A stretch of 64,000 bases of DNA from Octopus vulgaris. Taxonomy: Eukaryota. Of this stretch, positions 43,936 through 59,622 are shown one piece after another (within the stretch, counting starts at the first letter, position 1; each line of letters begins with the position of its first letter). The notes beneath the pieces were generated by a model. That model did no database searches and had not been told where the DNA came from. It worked only from the letters and a program-made list of their open reading frames with translations. A program made the translations under genes and the position numbers. The stretch spans positions 63,736,001 to 63,800,000 of the forward strand of contig OX597819.1 of assembly GCA_951406725.2 (NCBI GenBank), read 5' to 3'.

Positions 43936-44289
43936 GCCCTGTAAAAGATATAGGAAGATTGGGCCTCCAACCAGGCATTTCGTTACACCCATAACGCCAA
44001 GAAATTCTCAGCACCTCGTTATATACTCTGTGATCTATTTAAATATATTTAAAATTAAACGAAAATCTATGGACAAATTATGCTTAATACTTGATAAGAT
44101 GTTAGCCATACATAGATCAGCATTCAGTTCGAATAAAATATTGAAAGGTATGCTCATTAAATTTGAAAGAGCAACTGTTTGTTGCATAGTAAGGATTAAA
44201 CACAGAAAGACAATTTTACAATGCAAGAGCTGTGTACGTGTACGGCATTCCAAATGTGCACTCGAATTTCATTTGTATCTTTTTGTACA

Positions 44290-44380
<91 letters not shown>

Positions 44381-44486
44381 AAGTGAGAATTTACAAAAAA
44401 TAACAAAAGAAACAAAAGAAAATGTGATGACGAGTGTGTAAACAACAAACAGATGTATTAGTTTAACGCTCGGGTAGTGAGAAAGT

Positions 44487-44522
44487 CTTTTACGTTTCCA
44501 GCCTACGCTCTTCGAGAGAAAG
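44487..44522 (-). ncRNA. Degenerate minimal HHR in a PLE-like terminal repeat
   Basis: Reverse complement CTTT-CTCTCGA-A-GAGC-GTAG-GCTG-GAAAC-GT-A-AAAG; same family as 49210-49245. Confidence 0.4.
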
Positions 44523-44573
44523 GAACACACTCTAGAACTTGCACTCTAGTTCTTCTGGATACCAAAGCCTCTG

Positions 44574-44613
<40 letters not shown>

Positions 44614-44893
44614 GGATATATACACACATATAACTTTGGTAACTTTGATAGGTTTCGGGCAGTATAGGCCCACGCCATGGCTAACCTTTTTACTTTTATT
44701 TTTTCAGTCATTTGATTCCAGCCATGCTAGAGCACCACCTTTAGTCTAGCAATTCGACCGCAGAACTTTGTCCTTGTAAGCCTATTACTTATTGTATGGG
44801 CTTCTTTTGTCAAACCGCTAGGTCACGGGGAGGGAGACACACCAGCATTGGTTGACAACCGATGTTGGAGTGGAAAGATAAACACACAAACAA

Positions 44894-44946
<53 letters not shown>

Positions 44947-44969
44947 TATATATATATATATATATACTA

Positions 44970-45612
44970 CCGTAGCAGTGGCGAAAATGGAACTTTTATC
45001 GAACTTCGTGAACAGTGGCTTCGTAAAAGGGAAAAAGCGCAACCACAACCGAGAAGAGCTCTTCATAGGAAAACGGTTTTTCTCTCTATGTAGTGGGATT
45101 GCAAATGAGGGACTCACTTTGAAGTGTTACCACCTAATGCAACAATCAATACTCAAGTCTGCTGTCAGCAATTAGTGCATTTGAGCAAAGCTTTGAAAAA
45201 AAAACGCTTTAGTGAATCGAAAATGAGTGATGTTTCATCTGGACAATGTGCGACCCCACACTGCAAAGATCACATCACAGAAGATCGAAGAGCTTGGCTG
45301 GGAAAAAAATTCTCATCCACATTATTCTCCCCACCTTGCGCCTTTAGACTATCATTTGTTTCAGAGTTTACAGAAGCATTTCGGGGATATAGCTTTCGCA
45401 AGCCGGGAGTAGGTCAAAACTGAGATTTAAGCGTTCTTCGCTTTGAAACCAAAAGAGTTTCATATTGATGGGATTAAAATGCTTGTAAATTGATGGAAGG
45501 AATTCATAGATAACGAGGGAAAGTACATTGATGATTTAATTTCAATTAAATATAACATTTGATCACTTGTTTTCTTTATTCAAAATTCGAACAGAACTTA
45601 TGAGATAACCAG
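44970..45612 (+). mobile_element. Mariner transposon 3' remnant
   Basis: FHLDNVRPHTAK..LGWE..HPHYSPHLAPLDYHLFQSL, followed by a TIR-like AACTTATGAGATAACCAGA-TA. Confidence 0.8.
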
Positions 45613-45647
45613 ATACAACACACCCAGTCCTGAGCCAATACATAAAC

Positions 45648-45691
<44 letters not shown>

Positions 45692-45831
45692 ACACAAACA
45701 TATATAGACATACATACATACAGATATTCATTCTTTTACTCTTTTACTTGTTTCAGCCATGCAGCCGTGATCATGCTGGTGTACATATATATGGATATAG
45801 ATATAAATACCTATGTATGTATGTATGTATG

Positions 45832-45865
<34 letters not shown>

Positions 45866-45918
45866 TGTATGTATGTATGTATGTATGTATGTATATACGT
45901 ATTTATGTATGTATATAG

Positions 45919-46006
<88 letters not shown>

Positions 46007-46108
46007 TTATCTATCTATCTATCTAACTATTTATCTATATATTATAACCACACACATACATATATATAATTATACGCATATACTAAAATATTCAGAAATA
46101 TATACGTA

Positions 46109-46352
46109 CAGTGATCCCTCGGATCTAGCGAGTTTTTACGCTCTGAAAGCCCCGTGATAGGTGAAAATCCACGAAGTAGAAAAAGCACTGTACTCTTTTA
46201 CTCTTTTATCCTTTTACGTGTTTCAGTCATTTGACTGTGGTCTTGCTGGTGCACCGCCTCTGTATATTTTCTTTGTTATTTTTATAATCTGTCGACGTAA
46301 GCTTAAATAATAAACCGCGATAGGCGAACTGCGATATGGCGAGGGACTACTG
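46109..46352. mobile_element. Tigger-type MITE interrupted by a SINE 3' fragment
   Basis: TA-CAGTGATCCCTCG ... CGAGGGACTACTG-TA terminal inverted repeats; SINE tail at ~46192-46259. Confidence 0.8.
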
Positions 46353-46411
46353 TATATTTACAAATTTGTACACACTCACACACATTCATATACAGATATA
46401 GATGTATACTC

Positions 46412-46630
46412 TTTTTACTCTTTTACTTGATTCAGTCATTTGACTGTGGCCATGCTGGAGCACCGCCTTTAGTCGAGCAAATCTACCCCACGACTTATTT
46501 TTTCTAAGCCTAGCACTTATTCTATCGGTCTCTTTTGCTGAACCGCTAAGTTACGGGAACGTAAACACACCAGCATCTGTTGTTAAGTGATGGCGGGGAC
46601 ACACACACAGACGCACAACCATATATACTC

Positions 46631-46662
<32 letters not shown>

Positions 46663-46858
46663 GCACACACATATATATATATATGTGTATATATATACAT
46701 ATACACGACAGGATTCTTTCAGTTTCCGTCTACCAAATCCACTCACAAAGCTTCTGTCGGTCCGAGGGTTTTAATAGACGACACTTTGCCAAGTTTCCAC
46801 GCAGTGGGACTGAACCCGGAACCATGTGGTTGGCAAGCAAGCTACTTACCACACACCC
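46412..46858 (-). mobile_element. Octopus-type SINE
   Basis: Homologous to 3716-4265. Confidence 0.85.
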
Positions 46859-47331
46859 ACTCTATACATACGCATTTATACACACATATATGCAACTTAG
46901 CAGTATGAGTGGCTGCATATCAGAGAGACTCATTTATACGTTTGTGTATGTGTTTAAGCATGTGTATGTGTTTAAATATTCACGAGGAGAGAAATAGGCA
47001 TCTCGGATTCATACCAAGGTACGCTTTACTGACGTCGTGACACGTTTCATAGAATATTTCTTTAAACTATATCAGCAAAGGTGACTTGGTCACTAGGTAA
47101 ATCAGAATGGAAATTAAAGATGCAAATACGATACATCAGTATACATTCTTACGTACATTATTATATACGCTGATGATGTGAATCTCGTATAGCCAAACGG
47201 CTGTATATATGCATAGATACAGGTATATGCTTAAATATTTGTAAGATATGTGATGAGCGAAACAGATGTTTATACACACACGGAGGCGAAAACCACGCCC
47301 CCCACATATATAGAACAAACATATATATATG

Positions 47332-47364
<33 letters not shown>

Positions 47365-47653
47365 ATATTGAAATATTGAGACAGGCATATATACTCCTAA
47401 ATATATGTTCATATATATTTATATACATATATACAAACATATATATATATATATGTATGTATATGTCATATAATTGTATATATGCATACATATAATATAC
47501 ATACATACATACATATATATACACACAGGCACATACATATATACATAGACACACACGGACAAAGAATATAAGTATATGCTTAAAAATATCTATATATCTA
47601 TATCTTTAAACAAATGTATATATATGTATCTGTATATATGTATATATATAAGC

Positions 47654-47689
<36 letters not shown>

Positions 47690-48294
47690 CATCATACATA
47701 TATATTCATACATATGTATATGCACATGCATATGACTGTGTGAACTTATATTGCTGTTAACATTCTCTCATTCCCACACTCACATATATGTAAATTATTA
47801 ATATACCATTGTCGGTATATGTATTTCGTATTCATCAGTGGGCGCGCTTGTTGATTCAGAAGTGTGTTATTAATTATATACCTGCAGGAATTACGGAAAT
47901 ATCTGCATATATTAATGCGATGCCGGAGACACTCCAACAATTATACCGTTGCTTTCAATATTCTCATGTATATATGAAGAGGGATTATTCAATATGTGCG
48001 TGCGTCGGTGTTTGTAAGTAATAGTAACAATACATAGAACCCAATCATTTATATGATTCTATAGAGAACTCAAATTCATACACATATGAATATATCGGTT
48101 CCCACTTCTCTGTCTGTCTCCCTACCTCTCTGTGTGTGCATGTACATAAACATACACACATATGTACGTACGTTTATATATACATGTCTATCACTCCCAA
48201 ACATGCGCACGCACATACATCACACATTCTCTCGATATAGATGTGTACATATAGCGTATATATGTTAGTGTATATATATATACATACATATATT

Positions 48295-48342
<48 letters not shown>

Positions 48343-48348
48343 TGAATA

Positions 48349-48381
<33 letters not shown>

Positions 48382-48383
48382 GG

Positions 48384-48501
<118 letters not shown>

Positions 48502-48529
48502 TGTGTGTGTAAGCATGTATATATGTATA

Positions 48530-48730
48530 TATCTGTGCCTGTGTTTGTCTCCCGGCCATCACTTGACCACAGATGCTGGTGTGTGTACGTCTCCGTAAAT
48601 TAGCGGTTCGGCAAAAGAGACCGATAGAATAAGTAGCTGGCTTACAAAAAATAAGTCTTGAAATCGATTTGCTTAACTGAAAGGCGGTTCTCCAACATGG
48701 TCGCAGTCAAATGGCTGAAACACTTAAAAA
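48530..48730 (+). mobile_element. Octopus-type SINE 3' half
   Basis: TAGCGGTTCGGCAAAAGAGACCGATAGAATAAGTA...CAGTCAAATGGCTGAAAC. Confidence 0.75.
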
Positions 48731-49010
48731 TTATTATAGATATATAATGATATTTATATATAAGCTTAAATCTTATGGCGATCAACGTGCAATGACTAAG
48801 GAAAATGGTCTAATTACGGGGTATAGCAACCCTCACGCGGATAGGAAAGCTTTCTTTTTTCTGTCGAGGGCTTATATGCTCCCTTATTAGGCTATTTTCG
48901 TTAGTTTTTACACGGTAACCGCCATAAGCTTTAGGCTTTTATAAAAATACCATTATTATTATTCAGAGCATTGTAAAATACGCCGCCGTATAACAAAACC
49001 ATTTGCACTG

Positions 49011-49058
<48 letters not shown>

Positions 49059-49067
49059 ATTGTGTGC

Positions 49068-49102
<35 letters not shown>

Positions 49103-49209
49103 CGTTTGTATGTATATATCGGGAGAATTCAGAAAAAGACAAAACACTAAAACAGGTGGTGTAGAAAACAAACAGATGTATTAGTATAACACTCGGGAAT
49201 TGAAAAAGT

Positions 49210-49245
49210 CTTTAACGTTTCGAGCCTACGCTCTTCCACAGAAAG
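49210..49245 (-). ncRNA. Minimal HHR-like motif (core variant CUGUGGA)
   Basis: Reverse complement CTTT-CTGTGGA-A-GAGC-GTAG-GCTC-GAAAC-GT-T-AAAG. Confidence 0.5.
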
Positions 49246-51362
49246 GAACACAGAAAGAAATAAGGAGAGAAAAAAATGTGTGTAGTGGATAGCGATCTAT
49301 CTATCTATATATATATATATACATGCATACATATATACTTTCATATATATATGTATACACACATAGATAGACCGAGGGTTTAAATGGAACTGAATATTTT
49401 GTGAGAGAGTGCATGATAAAATGAAACCTCTTCATGTCATTTGGAAGTGGAATAATATATGTGTCCTCCGGTAGACCCATTATATCTGTGTATTCTGCAC
49501 ATATTTTCGTTGGTGGGTGCGCGTGAATGAGGGTGTGTATACGCATTGCTTCTTTATTCCTGTCATTCATAAATTAGCTACTTCTCCTTTTCTCTACAAT
49601 AATTCCTTTTCATTTTATGCCATTATTCATCTATATATTCGTATTAACCTCTCCCTACTTCCCTCTATGTCTGTCGGTCCCATATATCAACCACGCACAT
49701 ACGCATACAGGGACACTTTCTAAGTCTTTCAATATTTCCACTCTCGTTTTTCTCCCCCCCCCCCCCCATCCTTTTTTCCCTATCTAATCATCTCTTACAT
49801 TTCTCACTAACCATCAACACGAAATACTTAAGTGAATCACCTGAGGTGTTAATTATAGATAATTGAATAACTGTAAAATTTCAAGAAGTCCACTGACACT
49901 TGTAACCTAACATCACTCCTCCATATTCCCAACATATTAACATGAAGCTTTTTAATTAACTGAGGTTATAGAATGAAATGGCTTTTTAATGAATATTACC
50001 GAACACATAACACACACACAGATACACACCTGCAACTACAGACAAATACACTCTCACACATATACACGCACACATACACCGGCACACATACACATACATG
50101 CGCATACGGAATACGCGAAAATATACGAAGATGACAGATTCATTGGATATATTTTCTTCATTTTGTTCTTACAAATATCTTAGATTTAGGTTAAAAGATG
50201 CTTTCGTCTCACATATGTGAGTCTTCGTGTGTGTATGTGCGTGTGTGTTTGTGTGTGTGTGTGTGTGGTGGGGATGGGTTAGAGGTTGTGTGGAAAAACA
50301 GTCAAATTTTTGGCTTCTCAGCGGAGTAGCTGATTATGTTTCGATCTCCGAATGAATAATTATATATAATTCTTAGGCGAATAAATTTGGCATTTTTGCT
50401 AAATCATCAGCGACCGACATAATTTATAGTCCGCACTCCGATAGATATACTTCTATTCATATACATACATGCACTTACACACACGCATATACAGATACAC
50501 ACAGACACACGCACGCACGCATACACACAGACACACGCACGCACGCATACACACACATACAGACACGAGCACACATACACGCGTACACAAGCACACATGT
50601 AAAAGAAAAAAAAACAGGAAAAAAACATCGATAGTATCTCAGTAGTTTCATTTACTTTATAATTGATGGACTATAATACAAATGGTGCAACTGAGTGCGT
50701 TTAGTGTATTTCAACAGGTAAAGATTCTTGCATAATTAATTACATTGAGTTTTAAAGTAATTGGTTAGTCTTTTTGCTTACGCAGCACATGAAATACATT
50801 CACACACGCACATGTGTGTATCTGTGTTTATGTGTGTAAGTGTGTGTGTATGTGCTGGAGCTGTGTTTCCTGTTTTTTTGTTTTTTTAATTTTAAGCAGC
50901 AACCGCTACTGGGTCCTGTTTTAGGAGTTCCAGTGTTTCGAGGAGTGTGGAGTCACATGTCTATCACTATTTTTTCCCAGGTCCCAGTGATGGGTTAATT
51001 GCTTTCCTCCTTATATAAGGGTAGTCTTTTGAAGTCCGAGAAAAAATATCTCTGCAATTTCTTGGTGAATAACCTGCACAAATGATTTCTTTACAATGGT
51101 TGGAAGATTGTACTGTACGTTAGTTCAATCTCTCCTGAAAGTGTGCTGTTTACCGCACCTCAGTTTATCATCTAGTCGTAGAGCAGTGTGCGATGAAAAG
51201 TATTCCACAAGAACACAAAGCTCCACCGTAAATATTTATCAACTGTGCAAGAATGGTTTAATTTCGACTGTATTTTTTTTACCTCTTGATATCGCGACGC
51301 TTTCTTTGACGTTGTCAGCCAGTATGACGTTCAGAGGTCGTCACAGTTTTGTTGTCTTTTAA

Positions 51363-51567
51363 TCTTTTACTCTTTTACCTATTTCAGTCATTTGACTGCG
51401 GCCATGCTGGAGCACCGCCTTTAGTCGAGCAAATGGACCCCAGGACTTATTCTTTGTAAACCTAGTACTTATTCTCTCGGTCTCTTTTGCCGAAGCGCTA
51501 AGTTACAGGAACACGTAAACCCACCACCATCGGTTGACAACCGATGTTTTTTGGAGAAGCACAGACA

Positions 51568-51649
<82 letters not shown>

Positions 51650-51824
51650 CGTATATACGACAGGCTTCTTTCAGTTTCCGTCTACCAAATCTACTCACAA
51701 GGCTTTGGTCGGCCCGAGGCTATAGCAAAAGACTCTTGCTCAATGTGCCACGCAGTGGGATTGAACCCGGAACAATGTGATTAATAAGATTAGTAAGCAA
51801 GCTGCTTATCACCCAGCCACTCCT
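51363..51824 (-). mobile_element. Octopus-type SINE
   Basis: Homologous to 3716-4265. Confidence 0.85.
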
Positions 51825-52502
51825 GAGTGAAATCTCTCAATTAAAATTACTTGATATTTACAATTAATTGCTGAAGTCATCCTTTCGTTAGGTAACCTGC
51901 AACTCACAATGGTCTGTCGCGCTAAAATACAAATATAGCACCGAAAAATATGTAAAAACGAGCTCTATAAATAATGAATATTGAATAACAACTGAACAGT
52001 AAAAAAAACTACGAAATATCTCATAGCCAAACAACTATTAACTTTTTACAACTCTCAAGAGGCATCGACATACGAGTATTCTTTACACATCTAGAAGAAT
52101 TCGCTGCTATTCATACAAACATTCTACTAATGGACAAAGGAGAAAAAACTTGACGTATTAGAATGAAGTTGATTCCAAGTTTTCTGGAATGCAGACCTGT
52201 TATCAGTTCTCACTCCCCCTTACTACTGTGTTGATCTCAAATTCTTATACCCTGGCTGCAGTGTACCTCCTTTATTCACCTCTCTCTGCTCTTGTCATAA
52301 ATACAGTGGGCAGTTTTGCCAAGGCCTAGAACTAAATCTACACGTACCTCATTTTACACATGACACTGCTTTTCGAAATATATCAAGCTGCATATATTTT
52401 CCTGTAACTATCAATTCACCATAGTTTCATAGAACGTTAAATAGATCAATCTACCTTCAATCGAAGGTGTGCTATGGTTGCGATCACTATTACATTCTAT
52501 AT

Positions 52503-52696
52503 ATATTTCTTTATTACCTACAAGGAGTTAAACATAGAGGGGACAAGCAAGGACAGACAAAGAGGGATTAAATCGATTATATCGACCCCAGTGCGTAACT
52601 GATATTTAATTTATCGACCCCGAAAGGATGAAAGGCAAAGTCGACCTCGGCAGACGAAATACCGCTAAGCATTTCGCCCGACGTGCTAACGTTTCT
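52503..52696 (-). mobile_element. Meta-like SINE with internal deletion
   Basis: Homologous to 42650-42886 but lacking the GAATTTGAACTCAGAACG segment. Confidence 0.8.
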
Positions 52697-53301
52697 ATAG
52701 AAAGACAATACAAAAAATTTGTGCTGCGATATACACCACACAACACGAATACAACAGCTATAGAGCAATGCAATGGCACACTGACGACTTTCAATATTCA
52801 GTTAGTTTAGACGTTATATCGACAGAGGCTGTGAAAATCTGATTATCATGATTGTCAGGGAAGAGATAATTTTGCAGAGTAAAGACATTTCCGGCCAAAA
52901 TAATCAACATATACAGCACAATAGATGTGATGGTGCAACCATCAGCGGTTCTGCCCCAACGGGGACACAACATATGATTACATGCTCATGAGTATATATA
53001 TATAAACGAGCACTCAGTTGGTTACGACGACGAGGGTCCTAGCTGATACGATCAACGGAACGGCTTGCTCGTAAAGTTAACGTGCAAATAGCTGAGAACT
53101 TCACAGACACATGTACCCGAGGAGATTCAGCGTTACACAAAGTGTGACAAAGCTCGCCCTTTCAAATACATGTACCACTCATTTTTGCCAGCTGGAGCAA
53201 CAAGAAATAAAGTGTCTTGCTCAAGGACATAATGCCTTGCCGGGAGTTGAACTCACGACTTTACGATCGTGAGCCGAATACCCTAAGTATTAAGCCACAC
53301 G

Positions 53302-53453
<152 letters not shown>

Positions 53454-53524
53454 CATATATATATATATTTATATATATAATATGATATAATATGAGATAA
53501 TCTATAAATTCACACACTCACACA

Positions 53525-53700
53525 CATCTGATGATAACTAGGTAGTAGAAAATCAGAGGAACACAGAGAGTGATCAACCAGTTGAAAACCGCAGTCACGC
53601 ACAGCAGCCATTGAAATTAAGGAATTCTGTGCTGGAGCATTGTCCTGATGAAACAAAACTCCTTTCATTAGATTTCCTGGGCGTTCGATCTTGATAGCAC
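53525..53700 (-). mobile_element. Mariner transposase fragment
   Basis: KGVLFHQDNAPA..SLISMAAVRDCGFQLVDH. Confidence 0.75.
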
Positions 53701-55472
53701 TTCGTGAGGCAGTTAAATATCCAATACTAATAGCATTGGCAATTTCATTTGTAGAACTTTCCATTTTGGTTGCGCCTGTAAGTTACAAGGAAACGATATG
53801 TCATAGCGATATAGCTAAACCTCCAATGAGAAATGGATCCCTATATATTTAAAATCGAGTTCTGCAAGGTCAAAATTTGCCTTTCATCTTTCTGTGCATT
53901 AATATATCATATAACAGTCAACGCTATTTGATCAAATATACGAGGTTTGTAACATTGTGTCAAAGTTAGAAACCATAATTATATATTTAAACGCATTCGG
54001 AAAACCATAACTGCCTCTTCTTCTCATTATTTGTTCTGTAAGTAAATAAAAGCTGTGTCTAGAAATGAAATTAATATTATTTTTCTTGCACATTATTTCT
54101 GAATTTAATTATGATGTTCAGGTTCAGAAGGCTATGTCAAAACATATTCAATAATCTGGTTTAAAAGAAAAAAAAATAATAATAAATCTAGAGAGAGAAA
54201 AAAAGGATACTGTTTCATTGGTGAAGAACATGAAGAGGAAGAAACGAAATTAACATGAACAGCAGCTATAGATAAAATATAAAAAAATAATGACATCGAC
54301 AACTAAAGCAGAAGCGAACACAATCAACACAATTTAATGATGGTAGTCGCCATAGAAAAAAGAAAACGAAAAAATGCTGTGCAGCACAAGATAACAAATA
54401 AATGGCGAAAAACAAAAACCGATAGCAATGATCGACATGGGAATTTGTATGGAGTTAATTTTTATTCCTTAATTGTATTCAAAATAATCTAATTAATTCC
54501 TATTGATTTCAATATGTGTTAGAAACACATATTTCATACGGAAATCACAGATTTCAGACAGAGATCGTCAAATTAATTTACAATCTGAAAGAAACATATT
54601 TTCGCTTAAGTGAAGAGATGGAGTCTTGTTGACAGTTTAACCATCGATGAATTGTACCTGTGTTGCACCATAGTTTATTAGTTGAATATCAACGTTGTTC
54701 AACTACGTATTTTAGCCTCCCTGAATGAGCGTAATTGAGTCAAATCCTTTCGGTTTTGTATTTCTAAATAATACAGGACTTCGTGCTTAGAATGTTTTTC
54801 TATAAACAGGATTGAATGTAATTAAATACCTGTTTTCATTTTGTACAGCTTCTTCGGGTTGGTCTCTGAAATCAAATAATGTCAACGTCTATTAGTAGAA
54901 ATTCAACATCTAAAAAATTTCATGTTTGTCATTTCCTACTTTAAGGGAAAGAGAAAGAGAGAGAAAGAGATTAGAGGTGTTGACAATCCTTATTTTGATG
55001 AGTAAATACAGAGAGAGGGAGTTTATGAAAGGGAAAGTAAATAGGAGAGAGTAGATAGGGAACGGAGGTAGAGTGAACGTTAATTTGTGTAATGTAATCG
55101 GCGCTACGTTGATCAAGGTAACTGTGTGTGTACGTGGGTGTGTACGTGGGTGTGTACGTGGGTGTGTGTGTGTGAGCGTGCGTGTGTGTGTGTATGTGTG
55201 TGTGTGGGTGTGTGCGTGTGAGGTTGCGTGGGTGCATGTGTGTGTATACATGTGTATGTGTGCATGCGTGTGCGCTTGTGAGAGTACATGTGTGTAAGTG
55301 TGTATGTGCAAGCGTGTGTGTTTATAAGTTAGTGTTCAAGTGTGTATGTGTATAGTGAAGTTAGGGTTAGATTGTGTAGGGGGGAGTTTACGAGGGAGGG
55401 GTGACGATGAAGGGGGGGGGTTGTGCCCATGTGGCGCAAAGGAGCGATGAGAGAAAATTAATCTCTGTTGAT

Positions 55473-55510
<38 letters not shown>

Positions 55511-56392
55511 CATATATGCGTTTGTGTTTGTGTGTATATGTGTGGGTATACATGCACACCTCAATTCGATGCGTTTGCGCATTGATATATGTCAGGGCGT
55601 TTGCTTCCGTTTTCTGATGTTCAAATGTAATCTGTTATAATACCCGTCATACACGCGTCACTGGCAACTAAAACGTCTTTAGCTCAGGACTCCCTGGTTT
55701 GAAATAATCCCTAGGAACACAACAGGAAAACGAAAAAACATGTTCAGCGTGCGGATATACCAGGTATAATGTGAACGAGTTGTTCGTGTTATAACGAGGG
55801 ACAGAGTGAAATGGCTGTTAAACTTATTAGTGACCCTGAACATAGCTTCTTACCGAGAGAATTCAATCTTATTGTTTTCCATTTCGAAATCGAAGGCAAC
55901 GTAAGATGCCTTCCGAACTATCGGTATTATACGGTCGATTACGTGCGACATCTGGTCGGCTAGGCAACACATAAATATATTAAACATGGCTCCACGTGAT
56001 GCACGCTTGTTGGTGTCGCTACGACTCATTTCTTCTCCAGGGACGCGTGTCCATTGACTAGTATTTATAAGTAACAATTACTTCTTCCGAGGCTGTGTCC
56101 TGCCAAGTTGGGCCACGCCGCAGCTTCGAGGAGTGATTTTGCAGTAGCGCAAACCAGACGAACATGTGCAAACTTGCACACACGCACACACACACACACG
56201 CGCACACATACGTACACACACACACACAGAAGGACCAAACACACATACAAATACTCACATACAAACGAATAGACCAACACAGACAATTATATATACATAT
56301 GCATACAAATATATATACATCTATATATACATACATACATACACACATACGTATATATATATTACATACATACGCACATACACACACGTATA

Positions 56393-56426
<34 letters not shown>

Positions 56427-56663
56427 GACATATATACATATATACATGTATATATACATATATACCTATATATATACATATATATATCTACATATATATT
56501 TATATATATATACAAATATATATATATACATATGTATATATATACATATATATATACATATATATATATATACATATATATATATACATATATATACATA
56601 TATATATATACATATATATATATACATATATATACATATATATATATACATATATACATATAC

Positions 56664-56726
<63 letters not shown>

Positions 56727-56776
56727 CATATATATATATATAAATATATATATACACACATATATATATATATACA

Positions 56777-56850
<74 letters not shown>

Positions 56851-57232
56851 CATATATAAGCCGCCAAAGAATTGGATAACCGCCTTTACCCTACGTACCA
56901 ACAACTGAAGGTCTTTTGAAGACAAACCCGAAATGACTCATTTAATGGAAAAGAACAAGAAAATCAAATGCTATGTGCTTAGGGCTCTGAGAAACAATTC
57001 TCAAGAAATAAGTAAATGTAAGATCGACAGACGGAAATATCGTGAGACTGAGATAAGCATTAAATGTGGGAGCATTAGGTGATAGAGTGTCCATCGAAAC
57101 ATTCTGCCTAAAAAATGGATCTACAAAATCAAAAATATCCCTACATGTCTCACATCTATTTTCTTTCCTCCACCTCACTCTCTATTTTGTATCTTATCTA
57201 AATTAACTGATTCTTAACCATTCTCTCACACC

Positions 57233-57270
57233 GTCTCCGATGATAAATAACCTGGAAACAGGTGTAAGAC
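57233..57270 (+). ncRNA. Degenerate minimal hammerhead ribozyme in a TA-flanked repeat (~56860-57365)
   Basis: GTCT-CCGATGA-TAAATAACCTG-GAAACAG-GTGTA-AGAC: stem I GTCT/AGAC and GUA site; stem II eroded. Confidence 0.45.
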
Positions 57271-57398
57271 CTTCTATCCCTAAATTTTCTAATATCTACA
57301 CAGCCTTGGCGTTTTAACTCATTACGCAAGAAATTTATATATATCTATATCTAGCGATAAAAACATTTATATATATATACATATATGTGAGAAAGTTA

Positions 57399-57571
<173 letters not shown>

Positions 57572-58519
57572 TCACACACATATATAACTACAGCGACACA
57601 CAGGAACACTTCTATTGTACTGTAAGCATGTCAATGCTTTCCCCCCTATGCTTTTTATGTATAGAAAAATCAAATAAAAGGCTGTGAGTCAAATGACTGC
57701 TGATCCTAAATGAATTAATTAATTCAGTAATTCATTAATTAATTTCTTAATTACGTCTAACTCACAGTTAAACAAATTAAATATTTCAACCCAATTATGA
57801 TTTAATTCGTGATATCAATTAAACCACAGGTCACCCTCCAAAATAATTGACTCATAAACAGTATTTCTCAGAAATACCTTGAAAACAGACACCAAAGTCG
57901 TACTCACAAAATCAACAATTAATCGTCCAGAATAAAAAGAAAAATTAAGCACGTATCAACCATTCATTTTCTCATCGCTATTTTAGGAAGTAAGGTGAGG
58001 TTTGAAGGCCTTAATAATCTCCTACATGGGATCACATCAGAAGAAACTGTCATTACATTCTACGGCTGGATTTCGAAGAGTTACCAATTTAAGTTATGGA
58101 TATTATCAAAAATCTCGTTCCCGGTCTATCCGCATCTCTCCTACTGTCGACTTGGCTTCAATAATTCGTTTTACAATTCTTTTTTTTTTTTTGCGACATT
58201 CTAATAATATGTCTATAGTATTTGAGCTGTGATCTCTAAATGTGAAGATCAGGGTGGCTCTCGATCTTGAAAGACTTTCCGATCTCCAACCTAAGTATCC
58301 TTTTGACAAATAGCTAGTAGAATGAAAACGAGCTGCATTCCACTGGAGGACAACGCATTTAATACTACCCTCAAGTATAATGTATTTCATGTAAACCAGG
58401 ATAATAGCAAACTGAACAGTGGTAGAAAGAAGAGATTGATTTATGGATTACATTAGAAGTGACTCTATGAGCATCACTGCCTGAAATCTAGCTATTAAAA
58501 GCTCGGGTGGCAACAGTGA

Positions 58520-59250
58520 AAGTTTTCAGGCTATTCTGAGATTGCGTAGCCAGTGACATATCATACAATGGTCAACTTTGCCAAAGGCTTTTGCGAAGTC
58601 GAGACATATCACGTTCACATATGAATTACTAAGAAGCTGATTTAACACTCAATGGAAGTATTGTTAAGGGATGTGTCAAGCAGGCAGCTTCTACCATTCT
58701 CAGTGTCGGTCAACTAATCATTATCTTCACGGAACGCAATTAATTTCCTTAGGACTCTTCGTTCCATGAATATTTGCTGATGTTTGAGCTGAGAGGATAT
58801 GCCTAACATTTTCAGCAACTGCTCTGCTTCCTCCTTATCTATGGTATCTTATTCCCTCCTATAATTTACCTGGCAACTTGTCACTTTCAAAGAAGCTATG
58901 AAAAAGAAGCTACAGTGGTTTTGCAAGTACTCGTTTACCTGATTTGAAAATAGCTACTAAGAAACCATCAGGGCCTGCAGCTGACATAGAGTCGACCTCA
59001 TCTAAGGCCAGTATCACAGCTTCTTTAACGTGGATGTAAACACTTATTACCACCAACTACAGGTGTATTTGGTAAAGAACTCCGAACTCCGCTCGTTTGT
59101 TCACTTCCTTTAGTCCTAAAGGGGTAGTGAAAATATCTGAAATGTTTGTTCAGTATTTCAATTATTTACATTGAGTTCTCTGTGAGAGAGCCGTCCTTTT
59201 GGAAGAGGATGTCCCTATCGGAGGATGTTCGTTTAGCAAAGTTAAATCTC
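58520..59250 (-). mobile_element. CR1/Jockey-group LINE RT remnant
   Basis: Minus strand reads EILNKHF, SAAGPDGF, KGGSRAVAEN, GRSC and VICLDFAKAFGKVDH, with stops and frameshifts. Confidence 0.75.
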
Positions 59251-59548
59251 ATCTTTAACACCAAGTGTGGCAGAAAAATTAACCGAAATTATTCTCTGCA
59301 GCAGTTTGTATTTTGTTTCCTGTAGAAATATTTTGTTAGAGTATTTTTGTTTTAGTGGTTTTCATTGTTTGTATATTGTAGGTGTATATCCTGATTTGAA
59401 ATGTATTTCTGTTTATCTATATTTAGCAGTAGTTGAGTTGTCCCCAAATAACGAGCTCGTTGGCCAATTCTTTATAATGGATGATTATTTAACCTCTATG
59501 TAGTTAGAGCATATTATATGTTGGCTTTAGTTATAGCTGAATATACGT

Positions 59549-59622
<74 letters not shown>

